IMG/VR virus record: IMGVR_UViG_3300042484_001840 | Span: 81,043-145,042 of that record | DNA from: a virus | Direction: 5' to 3' (one strand) | Length of the DNA stretch: 64,000 nucleotides | Shown here: positions 35,732-46,246 of the stretch, one piece after another | Position numbering within the stretch: the stretch's first letter is position 1 | Layout: every line of letters starts with the position of its first letter | Translations under genes and position numbers: made by a program | The notes under the pieces: model-generated | What the model was told of the DNA's origin: nothing | Databases searched by the model: none | The model's input: the letters and a program-made list of their open reading frames with translations, nothing else

Positions 35732-36037
35732 ATGAGTTATGAAGCCGACAAAAACACAGAATATGTTCTCGGCAACATAAAAGTCCTCAGGCAAAGTCAT
35801 GAACCGTGCATTGTTTGTGGACACCCAACAGGAGACTGCTCAACTAGCACATCTCAGCCTCATCATATTTGGGGGATGACGGAAGTGCCGTCGCTACAAG
35901 ATACAAACATGATGCTTGTAGAGCATGATGTTATTGAATGGAGACAAATAACGCCATTCACAAAAGCGAAAGTGATTATTGTTCGTGCTGGACAACAGAT
36001 ACCAGTCTCACGAGCAATAGAACTCGGAATCATCTAG
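35732..36037 (+). CDS. hypothetical protein (CxxCGHPTGDC)
   Basis: ORF, probably leaderless. Confidence 0.7.
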   Translation: MSYEADKNTEYVLGNIKVLRQSHEPCIVCGHPTGDCSTSTSQPHHIWGMTEVPSLQDTNMMLVEHDVIEWRQITPFTKAKVIIVRAGQQIPVSRAIELGII

Positions 36038-36120
36038 TCTGTCCGTTAAACCAACGAGCAGACGAAAGATTTTTTGACTCTGCTTTATAACATCAACCAA
36101 AAACATAGAAAGAAAAAAAA

Positions 36121-38049
36121 GTGGCTCACATTAGCGACCAATTTGTATCAAAGTACGCAGCACAGCAAGCACCTTGGGGATTCGGTGGACTTGGAGAAAT
36201 TGTTTATCTCCGAACCTACAGTCGTCGTATTGAAGAAATTGATCGTAATGAAATGTGGCATGAAACAATTCAGCGCGTCATCAATGGTGCCATTGAAATT
36301 GGAGTTCCATATACGCAAGAAGAAGCAGAAGTTTTATTTGACCACATGTTCAATCTTCGTTGCTCATTTTCTGGTCGCGCATTGTGGCAACTAGGAACGC
36401 CATTAGTCAAGCAATTCAACGCCGCTTCGCTTAACAATTGTTACTTTGTAAACATTGAATCTGTTAACGATTTTGAATTTCTTTTTGATCACTTGATGCT
36501 TGGCGGTGGAGTTGGTTTCTCTGTTGAACGAGCAAAAATTCACGAATTGCCAAAAGTTAAAAGCAATGTGAAGATTTCGCATGAGCGAACAAACGATGCC
36601 GACATCATTGTTCCAGACTCGCGTCAAGGATGGAGCAGACTTCTTCATTCCGTATTGAAGTCATACTTTGAAACAGGAAAATCTTTTACTTATTCAACAA
36701 TTCTTGTTCGTGAATTTGGCGCTCCACTAAAGAAGTTTGGTGGCACAGCATCAGGACCGGGCGCTCTTATTGATGGCGTTACCGACATCTGTAAGGTCAT
36801 GGAAAATCGCGCTGGCAAGAAGTTGCGTTCAGTTGATGTGTTGGATATTTGTAACATCATTGGTCGTATTGTTGTTTCAGGTTCATCGCGCCGTTCAGCG
36901 CAAATTGCAATCGGAGACCCCGACGATGTTTTGTTCCTTCGTGCAAAGAACTGGTCATCAGGAACTGTTCCAGCATGGCGAGCAAATAGCAACAACAGTA
37001 TTTATGCCGATGCGTGGGACGAAATTCTTCCCGAAGTATGGAAAGGCTATGACGGTTCTGGTGAGCCGTATGGTCTCGTAAATCGCAAGTTGGCTCGTAC
37101 CGTTGGTCGTTTGGGCGAGAAGCACGCAGACCCATCAATTGAGGGATACAACCCTTGTGCAGAAATCGCACTTGGCGATGGTGAGTCGTGCAACCTTGCA
37201 ACACTTTTCTTGCCCAATGTTGAATCACTTGAGCAGATGAAAGAAATCTCTCGCTTGCTTTACATGTGCCAAAAGCAAATTACTCGTCTTGAGTACCCAT
37301 ACGAAAAGACCAATAAGATTGTTGCAAAGAATGCTCGCCTAGGTCAGTCAATCACTGGAATTCTTCAGTGTGATGAAGAGCACCTTTCATGGTTGTCGCC
37401 AACATACGACTATCTGCGTTCAGTAGATAAAGAGTACTCAAAAGAGCACGGCTTCCCCGAGAGTATTCGCTTAACGACTGTTCAGCCATCAGGAACATTG
37501 GCACTCTTGCCTGGTAATACGCCTGGTATTCACCCCGCTTATGCCCGTTACTACATTCGCCGTGTTCGTTTCGGTGCATCAGATCCACTAGTTGATGCCT
37601 GTCGTCGCCGTGGATATGCCGTGAAGTGGGATGTCGGTCTTGATGGACGCGAAGACCACACTCGTTATGTGGTTGAGTTCCCAGCAGAGTCGCCAGAGAA
37701 CGCTGTCCTCGCTAAGGACATGACTGCCGTTGAGCAGTTGGAATGGGTAAAGAAGATGCAGACCGAATGGGCGGACAACGCCGTATCAGTAACGGTCTAT
37801 TACCGCAAGGAAGAACTTCCGTCCATTAAAGAATGGCTTGCATCTAACTACACGAATTCAGTGAAGTCAGTTTCATTCCTTCTCCACAGTGACCACAACT
37901 TCCCACTTCCCCCTTATGAGGAAATCACCAAGGATGTTTACGACAAGATGCTTTCAAAGGTTGATTATTCATTACCCTTGGTTTTGATCGCTTCGGGAAC
38001 CGAGTTGGACGATACTGACTGCGCTACTGGCGCTTGTCCAATCCGCTGA
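36121..38049 (+). CDS. nrdJ: class II adenosylcobalamin-dependent ribonucleotide reductase
   Basis: NNC, GGGVG, RRSAQ, NPCAE, TVQPSGT, C-terminal CATGACP. Confidence 0.93.
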   Translation: MAHISDQFVSKYAAQQAPWGFGGLGEIVYLRTYSRRIEEIDRNEMWHETIQRVINGAIEIGVPYTQEEAEVLFDHMFNLRCSFSGRALWQLGTPLVKQFNAASLNNCYFVNIESVNDFEFLFDHLMLGGGVGFSVERAKIHELPKVKSNVKISHERTNDADIIVPDSRQGWSRLLHSVLKSYFETGKSFTYSTILVREFGAPLKKFGGTASGPGALIDGVTDICKVMENRAGKKLRSVDVLDICNIIGRIVVSGSSRRSAQIAIGDPDDVLFLRAKNWSSGTVPAWRANSNNSIYADAWDEILPEVWKGYDGSGEPYGLVNRKLARTVGRLGEKHADPSIEGYNPCAEIALGDGESCNLATLFLPNVESLEQMKEISRLLYMCQKQITRLEYPYEKTNKIVAKNARLGQSITGILQCDEEHLSWLSPTYDYLRSVDKEYSKEHGFPESIRLTTVQPSGTLALLPGNTPGIHPAYARYYIRRVRFGASDPLVDACRRRGYAVKWDVGLDGREDHTRYVVEFPAESPENAVLAKDMTAVEQLEWVKKMQTEWADNAVSVTVYYRKEELPSIKEWLASNYTNSVKSVSFLLHSDHNFPLPPYEEITKDVYDKMLSKVDYSLPLVLIASGTELDDTDCATGACPIR

Positions 38050-38758
38050 TAACAGTTTCAATAAATGTGTTGACCACTTGCTCAATTGCTTGTTCTAGCG
38101 GTTGAAGCAAGTGGGATACACCTTTTATTTGCGTAACTGGCTTTCCCCAGACATGATTGTCTGCCGTAATAAGAGAAACTTCTAGTTCTTTGGGGAATTC
38201 TTCGGTATCTAAAACAAATGCCGTTGAGTTTGAGTAGCAGATACCAAAAAGGACAGTTCTTTGCGACATTAGTTTCTTAAATTTGTCATCTCTAATATCG
38301 CATTTGTTGTGCGTTTTCCAGTGCGTTTTCAGATCAGTAACTAATTCAAGATTTCTTATAAATTTATTAAATCCAAATGTAAAGTCTGCACTTGAACTAA
38401 CACTTGCACCTTTTAGAAAAACACGATTTTTATCTGCTCCATGCGTTCTTAGTGGAAGCCCTGCGTCCTTGAATTGTATGGCTATTGCATCCTCGCAGAG
38501 CCAACCAAGAGCAATGTCCGTTGCGTACTCCACTGGCGTACGAGTATCCCTATTATGAGAAAGACTTTGCGATCCAAGTATTGAATCTATATAAGCCTGT
38601 GTTTTTTCGCTAACTTGGCTATTGACAAGTTCATAAAATACTTCAGACTTGATAATGTCGCTATTTGGAAATGTTTCATTTTCGTATTCAGATAATAATG
38701 AAGACATATCTATTTGAGAACGCTCAAGAAATTGTGTAAAAATTTTAGTACTGTTCAT
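38024..38758 (-). CDS. possible PD-(D/E)xK endonuclease-like protein
   Basis: ED...ADF...LELV pattern; AT-rich; overlaps the nrdJ 3' end. Confidence 0.45.
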   Translation of the reverse strand: MNSTKIFTQFLERSQIDMSSLLSEYENETFPNSDIIKSEVFYELVNSQVSEKTQAYIDSILGSQSLSHNRDTRTPVEYATDIALGWLCEDAIAIQFKDAGLPLRTHGADKNRVFLKGASVSSSADFTFGFNKFIRNLELVTDLKTHWKTHNKCDIRDDKFKKLMSQRTVLFGICYSNSTAFVLDTEEFPKELEVSLITADNHVWGKPVTQIKGVSHLLQPLEQAIEQVVNTFIETVISGLDKRQ

Positions 38759-38777
38759 TTTCTACTCTCGTTCGCCC

Positions 38778-39434
38778 TTAAATCCAGTCATCCTTAAGAT
38801 ACCCAATAGCAATAGGAGTATCCTCGGTCATATCAAGGATTGTTCGCCCAACGGTCAAGGTTAGCACATGTCTTAGTTGCCCAATCCAGTGTTCGGCAAA
38901 ATATCTATTTATATATCCAAGTGGAGAGTTTAGTCGGACCGCATCACATCGTGCCCACCAATATGTTCCACCATAAAACATATTTTCATCTGGCGTTCCT
39001 CTGGCTACCTCTAGCCAATGACATCCTGCAAGGTACATACCATTAACTAGTGCCTGCCTCGGTATTTCCCAATTTACAAAGTTGTGGTATTCCATACTTC
39101 GTCGCCACGATGTATTAATTTCTGACGGATGAGCGGAACCTTTTGAATGGGAGTAAATTACTATCCCATCGTTTTCTTTACTAAATTTATGTAAATGCTC
39201 TAGCGTCACTTGTTCCCAGCCAGATTCTTGCTCCGCTATGACGGTATAGGTTAAATTTTGGTCATTTAAAAATTGTTTTACTGCTTGAGTATTTTCTACT
39301 GAACCAACAAGCCCAATATTTATTGATGACAATTGTTGGTCAAATGAATTCCTTCTTAGTGCTGTGATATGCTCGGATACAGGTTCATGCCAACTCCCAT
39401 CGGCATAAATATGGTAAAAATGATGTAACTCCAA
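38778..39434 (-). CDS. glycosyltransferase-like protein (YxHxKG / GxYWWA family)
   Basis: HSKG, WRRSM, GTYWWAR, AEHWIG; start uncertain. Confidence 0.65.
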   Translation of the reverse strand: MELHHFYHIYADGSWHEPVSEHITALRRNSFDQQLSSINIGLVGSVENTQAVKQFLNDQNLTYTVIAEQESGWEQVTLEHLHKFSKENDGIVIYSHSKGSAHPSEINTSWRRSMEYHNFVNWEIPRQALVNGMYLAGCHWLEVARGTPDENMFYGGTYWWARCDAVRLNSPLGYINRYFAEHWIGQLRHVLTLTVGRTILDMTEDTPIAIGYLKDDWI

Positions 39435-39448
39435 CTTGTGAGGTCCTT

Positions 39449-40183
39449 TTGTCAATTGAAACATACATAACAGTTCACGATTCAACAATAGTTGCTGAAT
39501 GCGAGAATTCGGGGAGGTTCAATTCGGTTAGCCATACATATTTATTTGTTGGACCGAGGACTGTTGATGTTGCGGATGATATTAAAATAATTGTTTGTAA
39601 AGACATACAGCCAAACTATGAACACCTACCGCATTTTTATGATTTCACTGGATGGTTTGTCCTTGGAAAATACGAATTATTTTCAACAGACAACGCCATA
39701 TTTTTACAGTATGACCACCTCATTAACTCCGAAAACTTAGAGTCTCAGACTGAATCAGCATTGGCTGATAATCACATGATTGGGTATGCGCCAGCAGGAC
39801 CAGAGTTATGGACATTGCAATTGCCAAACTTCTACGAACGACAATTAGATGGCATTAGGGCGTGTGGCAACGACTGGGAAAAACTGCTGACTGAAGTTCC
39901 CTTTACAATTTGGCCAACGACTCAAGGTACGGCTTGGCGAACAAATGAATTTTGCCAGTTTATGAAGTGGTTTGAACCAGCCTTTGAATCCTTTAAAGAC
40001 CACACATTTGCTGGACATCTTGCTGAACGAATGATTCAGCCATTTTTGATGGCAAACGGCATGACTGCTGGTTATTTACCAGGCTTAATTTCTCATGAAT
40101 CACTTGACTGCCATGGAACTAAGGATTTAATTTTGGGGAATATTGATTCCTACAATAAAAAAACATCAACCTTCGGATTATAG
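39449..40183 (+). CDS. glycosyltransferase-like (GT-A/DUF4422-like) protein
   Basis: QYD motif, GHLAER motif. Confidence 0.55.
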   Translation: MSIETYITVHDSTIVAECENSGRFNSVSHTYLFVGPRTVDVADDIKIIVCKDIQPNYEHLPHFYDFTGWFVLGKYELFSTDNAIFLQYDHLINSENLESQTESALADNHMIGYAPAGPELWTLQLPNFYERQLDGIRACGNDWEKLLTEVPFTIWPTTQGTAWRTNEFCQFMKWFEPAFESFKDHTFAGHLAERMIQPFLMANGMTAGYLPGLISHESLDCHGTKDLILGNIDSYNKKTSTFGL

Positions 40184-40789
40184 AATTTTTTTATTGACAT
40201 ACCAGTCTTCGTAGGGCTTCATGTAATACAGGGGATTCGTGTCAAGACATGGCGCATCTTCAACAACTCGCTCAAATCCATTATTTGACATAATTTGGAA
40301 TATTAAGTTTTTATTTACTGGACCATCCATGTATAGATTATGCTCAATTGTTGCTGAGTTAATTTGATATTTAGAAAAATCAAAAGACAGCAATACATCT
40401 GGTTCCATGCCCTCAATGTCCATTGACATGTAATCAATCTCATATGGGGCGTTTGCCAACTCAAGAATTGTCTCAAGTTTTGAACAAGGAACTAATGGGG
40501 CATTTTTATCTGATGTTGATGAAAATCCAGAAAAGTTTATTTCTCCTTCAAATGAAGCAGCGGCTACATTTAAATTTTTACAGTTAGGGCGATTAACAAT
40601 AAGCGACTGAAATACCTCTGGGCTTGCTTCAACGCATACCCCAGTCCATCCTTGTTCTTCCAATGCCCATGTATTGCTCGTATTGATGCCATCGTATGCG
40701 CCAATATCCACAAAAAATTTAGGAGATTGCTTGTACTGCATTATTTCTAAAACCCACTTATCCTGACCTGCTTGGGAATAGAAGTTCAT
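40178..40789 (-). CDS. FkbM-family methyltransferase
   Basis: SQAGQD, DIGAYDG..SNT, DIEG. Confidence 0.9.
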   Translation of the reverse strand: MNFYSQAGQDKWVLEIMQYKQSPKFFVDIGAYDGINTSNTWALEEQGWTGVCVEASPEVFQSLIVNRPNCKNLNVAAASFEGEINFSGFSSTSDKNAPLVPCSKLETILELANAPYEIDYMSMDIEGMEPDVLLSFDFSKYQINSATIEHNLYMDGPVNKNLIFQIMSNNGFERVVEDAPCLDTNPLYYMKPYEDWYVNKKIL

Positions 40790-41736
40790 AAAATCTCCTT
40801 AATCATTTTTTCAATATCATTAATAAATAAGTTTGCATATTTATTCTTCAAGTCAATAGCATTATTGCTAAATGTATCGTAACTATTAACAATATCTGCA
40901 AAGTTTACATTTGGATATCTTGGGACACTTTCATCAATGTGCCTAAAAAGTGCACAGTCGCTCAATAACATTGGTTTTCCAGATGCAATCAAATAGTCAG
41001 CAGAAGAAGATATCCCAGCATTGCTTGGTGGGAGTTCATAAAATAGTGCATTGATATCATTTGAGGCAAGCATTTCAACAATTTCTTCTTCACTTACATA
41101 ATCACTAGTGTGGTTAAAGCGAATATTGGGTTTTGTAATTTCCCTAAGGATTGATTGAATAATCTCATCTGTATAATCCCCAGTAAAAGTACCAACTGTC
41201 ATGTGTAGGTTAAAAACGGCATTATCAAAATGTTTGTTTATTTCTCGCATAATGATATGAAAATTCTTATGGGGTAAACCAAAGCCAAAACTGCCTATTC
41301 GTATTTCGCCATCACTTAGTTGGGTGTCTACGCTTTTACCCGCGTGAATTGTTCTACCAACTGGGAATATACGATTATCCGATGTTTTTAGTGTTGGATC
41401 ATTGCATATCATGTAGTCAAACAAGCCAGAATAACCATTCATTATTGCGGTGATGCTTGTTGGATCAAATAGGTGCTGTACTACGACTCTCTTGGCGGGG
41501 AAACCAGATATTGAGTCTTTTGATACCCATGGCATAACAAGTTGCATATAATTAAAGAAAACAATAGACGGCTGATGTATTGCGTAGATAGAGGCGTACT
41601 CGTCTGCTGAATTACACTCAGCGTAAACAGCATCCAAGAGTGAACTCTTCGCTAACTGATTAAACTGCCGTTTTCCAAAGTCATAAACACCACAGCGAGA
41701 ACCGAGACCGTGGTTTATATAAAGGACTTTTATCAT
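40786..41736 (-). CDS. GT-B (GT4-like) glycosyltransferase
   Basis: CGVYD, FGFGLPHKN, SS...ASGKP..SD. Confidence 0.75.
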   Translation of the reverse strand: MIKVLYINHGLGSRCGVYDFGKRQFNQLAKSSLLDAVYAECNSADEYASIYAIHQPSIVFFNYMQLVMPWVSKDSISGFPAKRVVVQHLFDPTSITAIMNGYSGLFDYMICNDPTLKTSDNRIFPVGRTIHAGKSVDTQLSDGEIRIGSFGFGLPHKNFHIIMREINKHFDNAVFNLHMTVGTFTGDYTDEIIQSILREITKPNIRFNHTSDYVSEEEIVEMLASNDINALFYELPPSNAGISSSADYLIASGKPMLLSDCALFRHIDESVPRYPNVNFADIVNSYDTFSNNAIDLKNKYANLFINDIEKMIKEIL

Positions 41737-42959
41737 GAACCAACTATATCAAACACTGGACAAGGGAAAACAAACTTTCCGCCACCATCAAGGTATGACT
41801 TTTCGCGGGTAATGAATTCAGCGCGGAAGTGCCAAGGGAGTACAAGGAGATAGTCTGGTTTTGCTTCTCGCATTTCATCTTCTGATTTGATCGGGATATT
41901 TGTGCCGATAGTGCGGAGACCAAACTTATACGGAGAGCGTTCTGCAATTGCGTCTACCATTGTTTCGTCAATGCCAAAGTATTGCAACAATGTATTGCCC
42001 TTAGTTGAGGCACCGTAACCCCAAACAGTCTTACCTTCTTCTTTTGCCTTCTTAAGAAAAGCCAAAGTTTGCGCTTTAAGGTTTTCAATCTTTACAAAGA
42101 AATCATTCCATACTTCTGGAGTATTAACTTTTGTTTCGCGCTCATGAGCAAGAATAGAATCAACTCTAAATTTACATACATCACGATGAGGCTGTGTGCC
42201 AAATTTTGTCTTATCAGCAACATCTTTCATCGCGTAAATTCGGAAACTTCCGCCGTTTACATCATTGAGTTGACAGTCCATAATTTTAAAACCGCATGAT
42301 TCAAATAGTGTTTTGATTGATTCAAGGCTGTAATAATAAACATGTTCGTGGCAAATATTATCAAATGCGACTTGAGCCAACATTAATGGCGTATAACTCA
42401 TCTGAAGAATAAAAATTCCATCATCGTCCAAGACTGAATATGCATCATTCAAGAATGGACGCGGATTGTCTAAATCATAGAACATAGCAATACATGTAAT
42501 AATGTCCGCTTTTGGAGCATTTGAAGGGTATGACTTGGCAGAAAAATAATCACGGATAACTACATCGCCGTGCTTTTTTGCTTCTTCCGTAAAAGACTCA
42601 TCAGCAGGGTCAATGCCGATTTTGTAGATATTCTGTGGGATTTTTTCAAGAAGTGTTCCGTCATTACAGGCAATATCAAGCCATGTTGAAATATTCTTTT
42701 GCCCCTTAACTTGAAGTGCAGAAGCAACAATTCCAGCAAGTTCATCTTTCATAGTTTGGTTAGTGCCAGACCGATACCAATAACGACCATACATAAATGA
42801 AGGATCAGCAGTTTGCTTAAGGCGGGCACAGTTGAGTTCTGAGTCCCACTCCAACTGAAGATCAACTGGCTCGCATCGCGGTTCTTCACCATTGGCAAGA
42901 AAGTCAGACAGAAATAGATTTCCAAGATTGAACAAATCCACAATAAACTCCAAAGTCAA
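41733..42959 (-). CDS. NDP-hexose C-methyltransferase-like protein
   Basis: DIACNDGTLL, FDNICHEH, YGASTKGNTLL, LPWHF. Confidence 0.88.
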   Translation of the reverse strand: MTLEFIVDLFNLGNLFLSDFLANGEEPRCEPVDLQLEWDSELNCARLKQTADPSFMYGRYWYRSGTNQTMKDELAGIVASALQVKGQKNISTWLDIACNDGTLLEKIPQNIYKIGIDPADESFTEEAKKHGDVVIRDYFSAKSYPSNAPKADIITCIAMFYDLDNPRPFLNDAYSVLDDDGIFILQMSYTPLMLAQVAFDNICHEHVYYYSLESIKTLFESCGFKIMDCQLNDVNGGSFRIYAMKDVADKTKFGTQPHRDVCKFRVDSILAHERETKVNTPEVWNDFFVKIENLKAQTLAFLKKAKEEGKTVWGYGASTKGNTLLQYFGIDETMVDAIAERSPYKFGLRTIGTNIPIKSEDEMREAKPDYLLVLPWHFRAEFITREKSYLDGGGKFVFPCPVFDIVGS

Positions 42960-43012
42960 AACATTGTTTATTTTTGTTTATTATAGATCAATATTTTTTT
43001 ACAAGGTATAAG

Positions 43013-43798
43013 TCAATTTATTGTCTTTAATTCTTTGAACCTAGCCGTCATATCATCGCGATATAAATTTGCAATATCAGCAACTAATGTTTGAATTTGT
43101 TCGTTGCGTACTCGTTGTGCAGTAGATGGTCCAATATGTTGTTTATATAATAACTTACCAATATGAAACATCTTAGTTATAAGAAAAGTTCTAACAATTA
43201 ATTCATAGTCATCAGCAACAGGATATTTGGGATCGTGACCATTTAGTGCTCTATAAACATCAGCGCGCCAAGCACGAACATGATTAGGTGCAGAAACGAT
43301 ATGACGGATAGTTGCATCATTAATTTCAGGTGCGCTCATTACACTCACACCATACTCCTCGGACCAATACTCTGAACCAAAACCAAAAGCCCAACCCATA
43401 GGGTAAACGCCTGATTGACCGTTTGGTAACAGTTCACACCAGTCCGAGTAAACAAATCCAACTTCGGGGTCTTGAAAGGCGTTATGGATTTCCTGCAAAC
43501 AGTCAGGGGTTAACTCATCATCGTGGTCTAACTCAACAAGAATGTCGCCCTCAGCAACCATAAAGCCTTGACGCTTTAGACGACCAATGTTGCCTGAGTG
43601 AACATGTGAACGATGCATGGAAATCTTGTAGCGTTCATCAGAACAGAATCCGTATAGTTGACTCCAAGTTTCAGTATTAGTAGAGTCATCCCAAATAACC
43701 CATTCCCAGTCTGTGAAAGTTTGTGCTTTTAGCGATGCCCAAGTGCGAGCAAGAATGTCTGGGTCTGTGTTATAGGTTGGCGTAATAACTGAGATCAT
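43013..43798 (-). CDS. GT2 glycosyltransferase
   Basis: SVITPTYN, WDD, LDHDD, DDYEL. Confidence 0.9.
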   Translation of the reverse strand: MISVITPTYNTDPDILARTWASLKAQTFTDWEWVIWDDSTNTETWSQLYGFCSDERYKISMHRSHVHSGNIGRLKRQGFMVAEGDILVELDHDDELTPDCLQEIHNAFQDPEVGFVYSDWCELLPNGQSGVYPMGWAFGFGSEYWSEEYGVSVMSAPEINDATIRHIVSAPNHVRAWRADVYRALNGHDPKYPVADDYELIVRTFLITKMFHIGKLLYKQHIGPSTAQRVRNEQIQTLVADIANLYRDDMTARFKELKTIN

Positions 43799-43867
43799 TG
43801 AAAAACATTAACACGCATCAACATCTAGTTGTACATTGGACATTGGTTATTTTCCTATGGCGTTTTA

Positions 43868-44128
43868 TTAAATGACAGAATTATTATATGATGGAACTAC
43901 AAAAGTATCTGTTTCGGGATCGTATGTGTAACCAATTCCTGGATAACATCCACGGAAGTTAGCATTATATGATGCCTGAATCCATGTCCCTCCCCCGAAG
44001 AGGTTAGTGCAGAAAGCAATACCAATCTCTTCTGATTCATTACCATCTTCATCAAAAATATCAAAGTTGTTAACAACAATAATCTGTACTACCTGGTTAA
44101 GTTCGTCTAACTGAGCAAAATGTGCCAT
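43868..44128 (-). CDS. tail-fibre-associated protein (MAHFA...WxQTSYN-type family)
   Basis: MAHFAQLD...WIQASYN..FR..YPGIGYTYD; follows a Gly-rich gene. Confidence 0.8.
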   Translation of the reverse strand: MAHFAQLDELNQVVQIIVVNNFDIFDEDGNESEEIGIAFCTNLFGGGTWIQASYNANFRGCYPGIGYTYDPETDTFVVPSYNNSVI

Positions 44129-45126
44129 TATGCCTCCCATCCGATAAACACTACGCCACTTCCGCCTGAGCCACCAGACCCCGAGTTACCAGCACCGCCT
44201 CCGCCACCACCATGATTTGCTAATCCAGCACTTGCAGCAAATACACTTCCATAAGTTCCACCACTACCACCATTACCACCACTACCTGTTGCAAGTCCTC
44301 TACCATAAGTTAAACCATTGTTTGCTTCATCTTGTGCGCCGCCGCCACCACCCGAACTACATGCGGTACTTGTTACAAATCCTGCAAAACCAGGACTTAT
44401 TCCAATACCACCGTTACCACCAGTTCCTGTTCCAGTTGATACTGTGGCGTTTGAACCAGCGGTTAGGGCACCACCTCCACCACCACCACCAAAAGTACCT
44501 GTACCAGAACCACTGTTGTATCCTGTTCCTCCACCGTATCCTTGAGAACCTATCCAAGTAATTGCTGGGGCTGGTGGAAATGCGTGACTACCGCCACCAC
44601 CGCAACCACCCGCTGCACCAGAAGTGCTTGGATGCCAACCTTGACCACCACCACCACCAATAGCAACCGTTAAAGGATCAAGAAGGCTGTTACAAATAGA
44701 AGTAGTAATTCCCATGCTTCCACCTGTACTTGAACCAGATGAACCACCAGCACCCCCCGCACCAACAACAATAGTGTAAGTTCCGACGGGTACATTTGTT
44801 ATATATTGTTGAAGATATCCGCCACCGCCACCGCCACCACCTGCTCTTAGTACACCAGAATCAGCACCTGCGCCACCTCCACCACCACCACACGCAAACA
44901 CTCTCAATACACCACCACCATTAACTACAGTAAAAGTACCTGAACCATTCCATTTTGCAATGTTGTAGTTAACACCAGATACAGCGACAGTAGTTACTGA
45001 TGCTGCACCAGTAGTGGTAATTGTATAGTTTGCCTGCTTTGATGGGACAGAAATAGTTCCATTGTTTTGACCAAACCATGTAGACACCTGACTAGACGCT
45101 AAAGATTTATTAACTCTGAAAGTCAT
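44128..45126 (-). CDS. glycine-rich virion/fibre protein
   Basis: Poly-Gly tracts; GGSGVV C-terminus. Confidence 0.8.
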   Translation of the reverse strand: MTFRVNKSLASSQVSTWFGQNNGTISVPSKQANYTITTTGAASVTTVAVSGVNYNIAKWNGSGTFTVVNGGGVLRVFACGGGGGGAGADSGVLRAGGGGGGGGYLQQYITNVPVGTYTIVVGAGGAGGSSGSSTGGSMGITTSICNSLLDPLTVAIGGGGGQGWHPSTSGAAGGCGGGGSHAFPPAPAITWIGSQGYGGGTGYNSGSGTGTFGGGGGGGALTAGSNATVSTGTGTGGNGGIGISPGFAGFVTSTACSSGGGGGAQDEANNGLTYGRGLATGSGGNGGSGGTYGSVFAASAGLANHGGGGGGAGNSGSGGSGGSGVVFIGWEA

Positions 45127-45488
45127 GGAGTAATCCTATTCACATATCCAGAGATAGTAATAACATTGGCAGTTCCCGCAAAAGCGGTAATTGTTGATGC
45201 CGCCGACCCAGTACCAGTAAGAATTAGCCCGGGAGTAATTAATGTTAGCCCTGATGTTGCTGGAATAGATAGTTTGATTTGGTTATCTGGTGCGGTAACG
45301 CCACCATATTCAATGGTCAAGACAACGGCACTGCCGCTTGAGTTATACGCGTACAGCCATGCTTCGTCAATTGTTGTTGCTGATGTGCCTGTACTATGTA
45401 TGGTTGTTCCAAGGGTTGCTGTTGCAACAACTTTAATTGCTTTACCTTGAGATGATGCTGATAAGAGTGTTTTTGCGAATATAGTCAT
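45123..45488 (-). CDS. virion structural protein
   Basis: Ser/Thr/Ala-rich; GGAGG RBS. Confidence 0.7.
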   Translation of the reverse strand: MTIFAKTLLSASSQGKAIKVVATATLGTTIHSTGTSATTIDEAWLYAYNSSGSAVVLTIEYGGVTAPDNQIKLSIPATSGLTLITPGLILTGTGSAASTITAFAGTANVITISGYVNRITP

Positions 45489-45498
45489 TATCTACCTC

Positions 45499-45708
45499 CT
45501 AAGAAAAAACTTGCATTGCAAGTATAATTTGGTCGTCAACAACTGTTGTAAAGTACTCAAGAACAGACCATGCTGTGGAGCCATTACCAATCTTTAACTT
45601 GCCTGTATCTGTTTCAAAGCCCATTTCACCTGAGGCAAGAGTTGGGTTTTTGTCAGTCCATTCAGCGGCGGTATCACGCCGTACTTGGATTAGGTCGTTA
45701 CGAGGCAT
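45499..45708 (-). CDS. Mtd_N/hyaluronidase-N-like tail adaptor domain protein
   Basis: IQVRRDTAAEW...NP.LA.GE.GFETDTGK.KIG.G. Confidence 0.8.
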   Translation of the reverse strand: MPRNDLIQVRRDTAAEWTDKNPTLASGEMGFETDTGKLKIGNGSTAWSVLEYFTTVVDDQIILAMQVFS

Positions 45709-45716
45709 TGGTACTC

Positions 45717-46016
45717 CTAAATAAAGTGTTTAATAATTGAGGCACTAGCCAGGATAGTCCATAGAACATTAAATAAAATGATGGTCGGCAGGGTTTTCTT
45801 AGTAGATGACCAAATCAGGGAAACGCTTGAGATAATGGCAAAAATGTACAGCCACCACCATTGTTTCCCTAAGAGCAGACCAGGGAAGATAATTGCGATT
45901 TTTGTTGCAAATCCCCATGCCTCAACAGTATTAGGACGATCCCAGTACTGCTTTTTGGACATCGTTTTAACGGCATGAACTATCTTTTGAGTAAAATCCA
46001 CTAAGTGACTAATCAT
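45717..46016 (-). CDS. small multi-pass membrane protein
   Basis: Three hydrophobic segments. Confidence 0.7.
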   Translation of the reverse strand: MISHLVDFTQKIVHAVKTMSKKQYWDRPNTVEAWGFATKIAIIFPGLLLGKQWWWLYIFAIISSVSLIWSSTKKTLPTIILFNVLWTILASASIIKHFI

Positions 46017-46246
46017 TCTGACGAGCCTAGAAGTTCAGAAAATGATAGGAGACTAGTTAAATCAAAAACTGCTTGAGATACTTCCTCGGGGGGTAGTGAA
46101 TAATGAAGGCGACCTCTAACTTCAAGGTAATTCTCATTAGTAACGACCTGAGGCTCCATGCCCGCACGAATGGTGAGTTTATGTGATTCTTTTGTGCAGT
46201 AATCTCTCAAAACTTGATGCAGTTCTTTATGCGTTACTTCAGTCAT
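46013..46246 (-). CDS. hypothetical protein
   Basis: Operonic; GGAAGG RBS. Confidence 0.55.
   Translation of the reverse strand: MTEVTHKELHQVLRDYCTKESHKLTIRAGMEPQVVTNENYLEVRGRLHYSLPPEEVSQAVFDLTSLLSFSELLGSSE

Noticed and set aside
36121-38049. Intein or intron in nrdJ, primase or SNF2
   Set aside because: Lengths are normal and no splice-junction or homing-endonuclease motifs were seen
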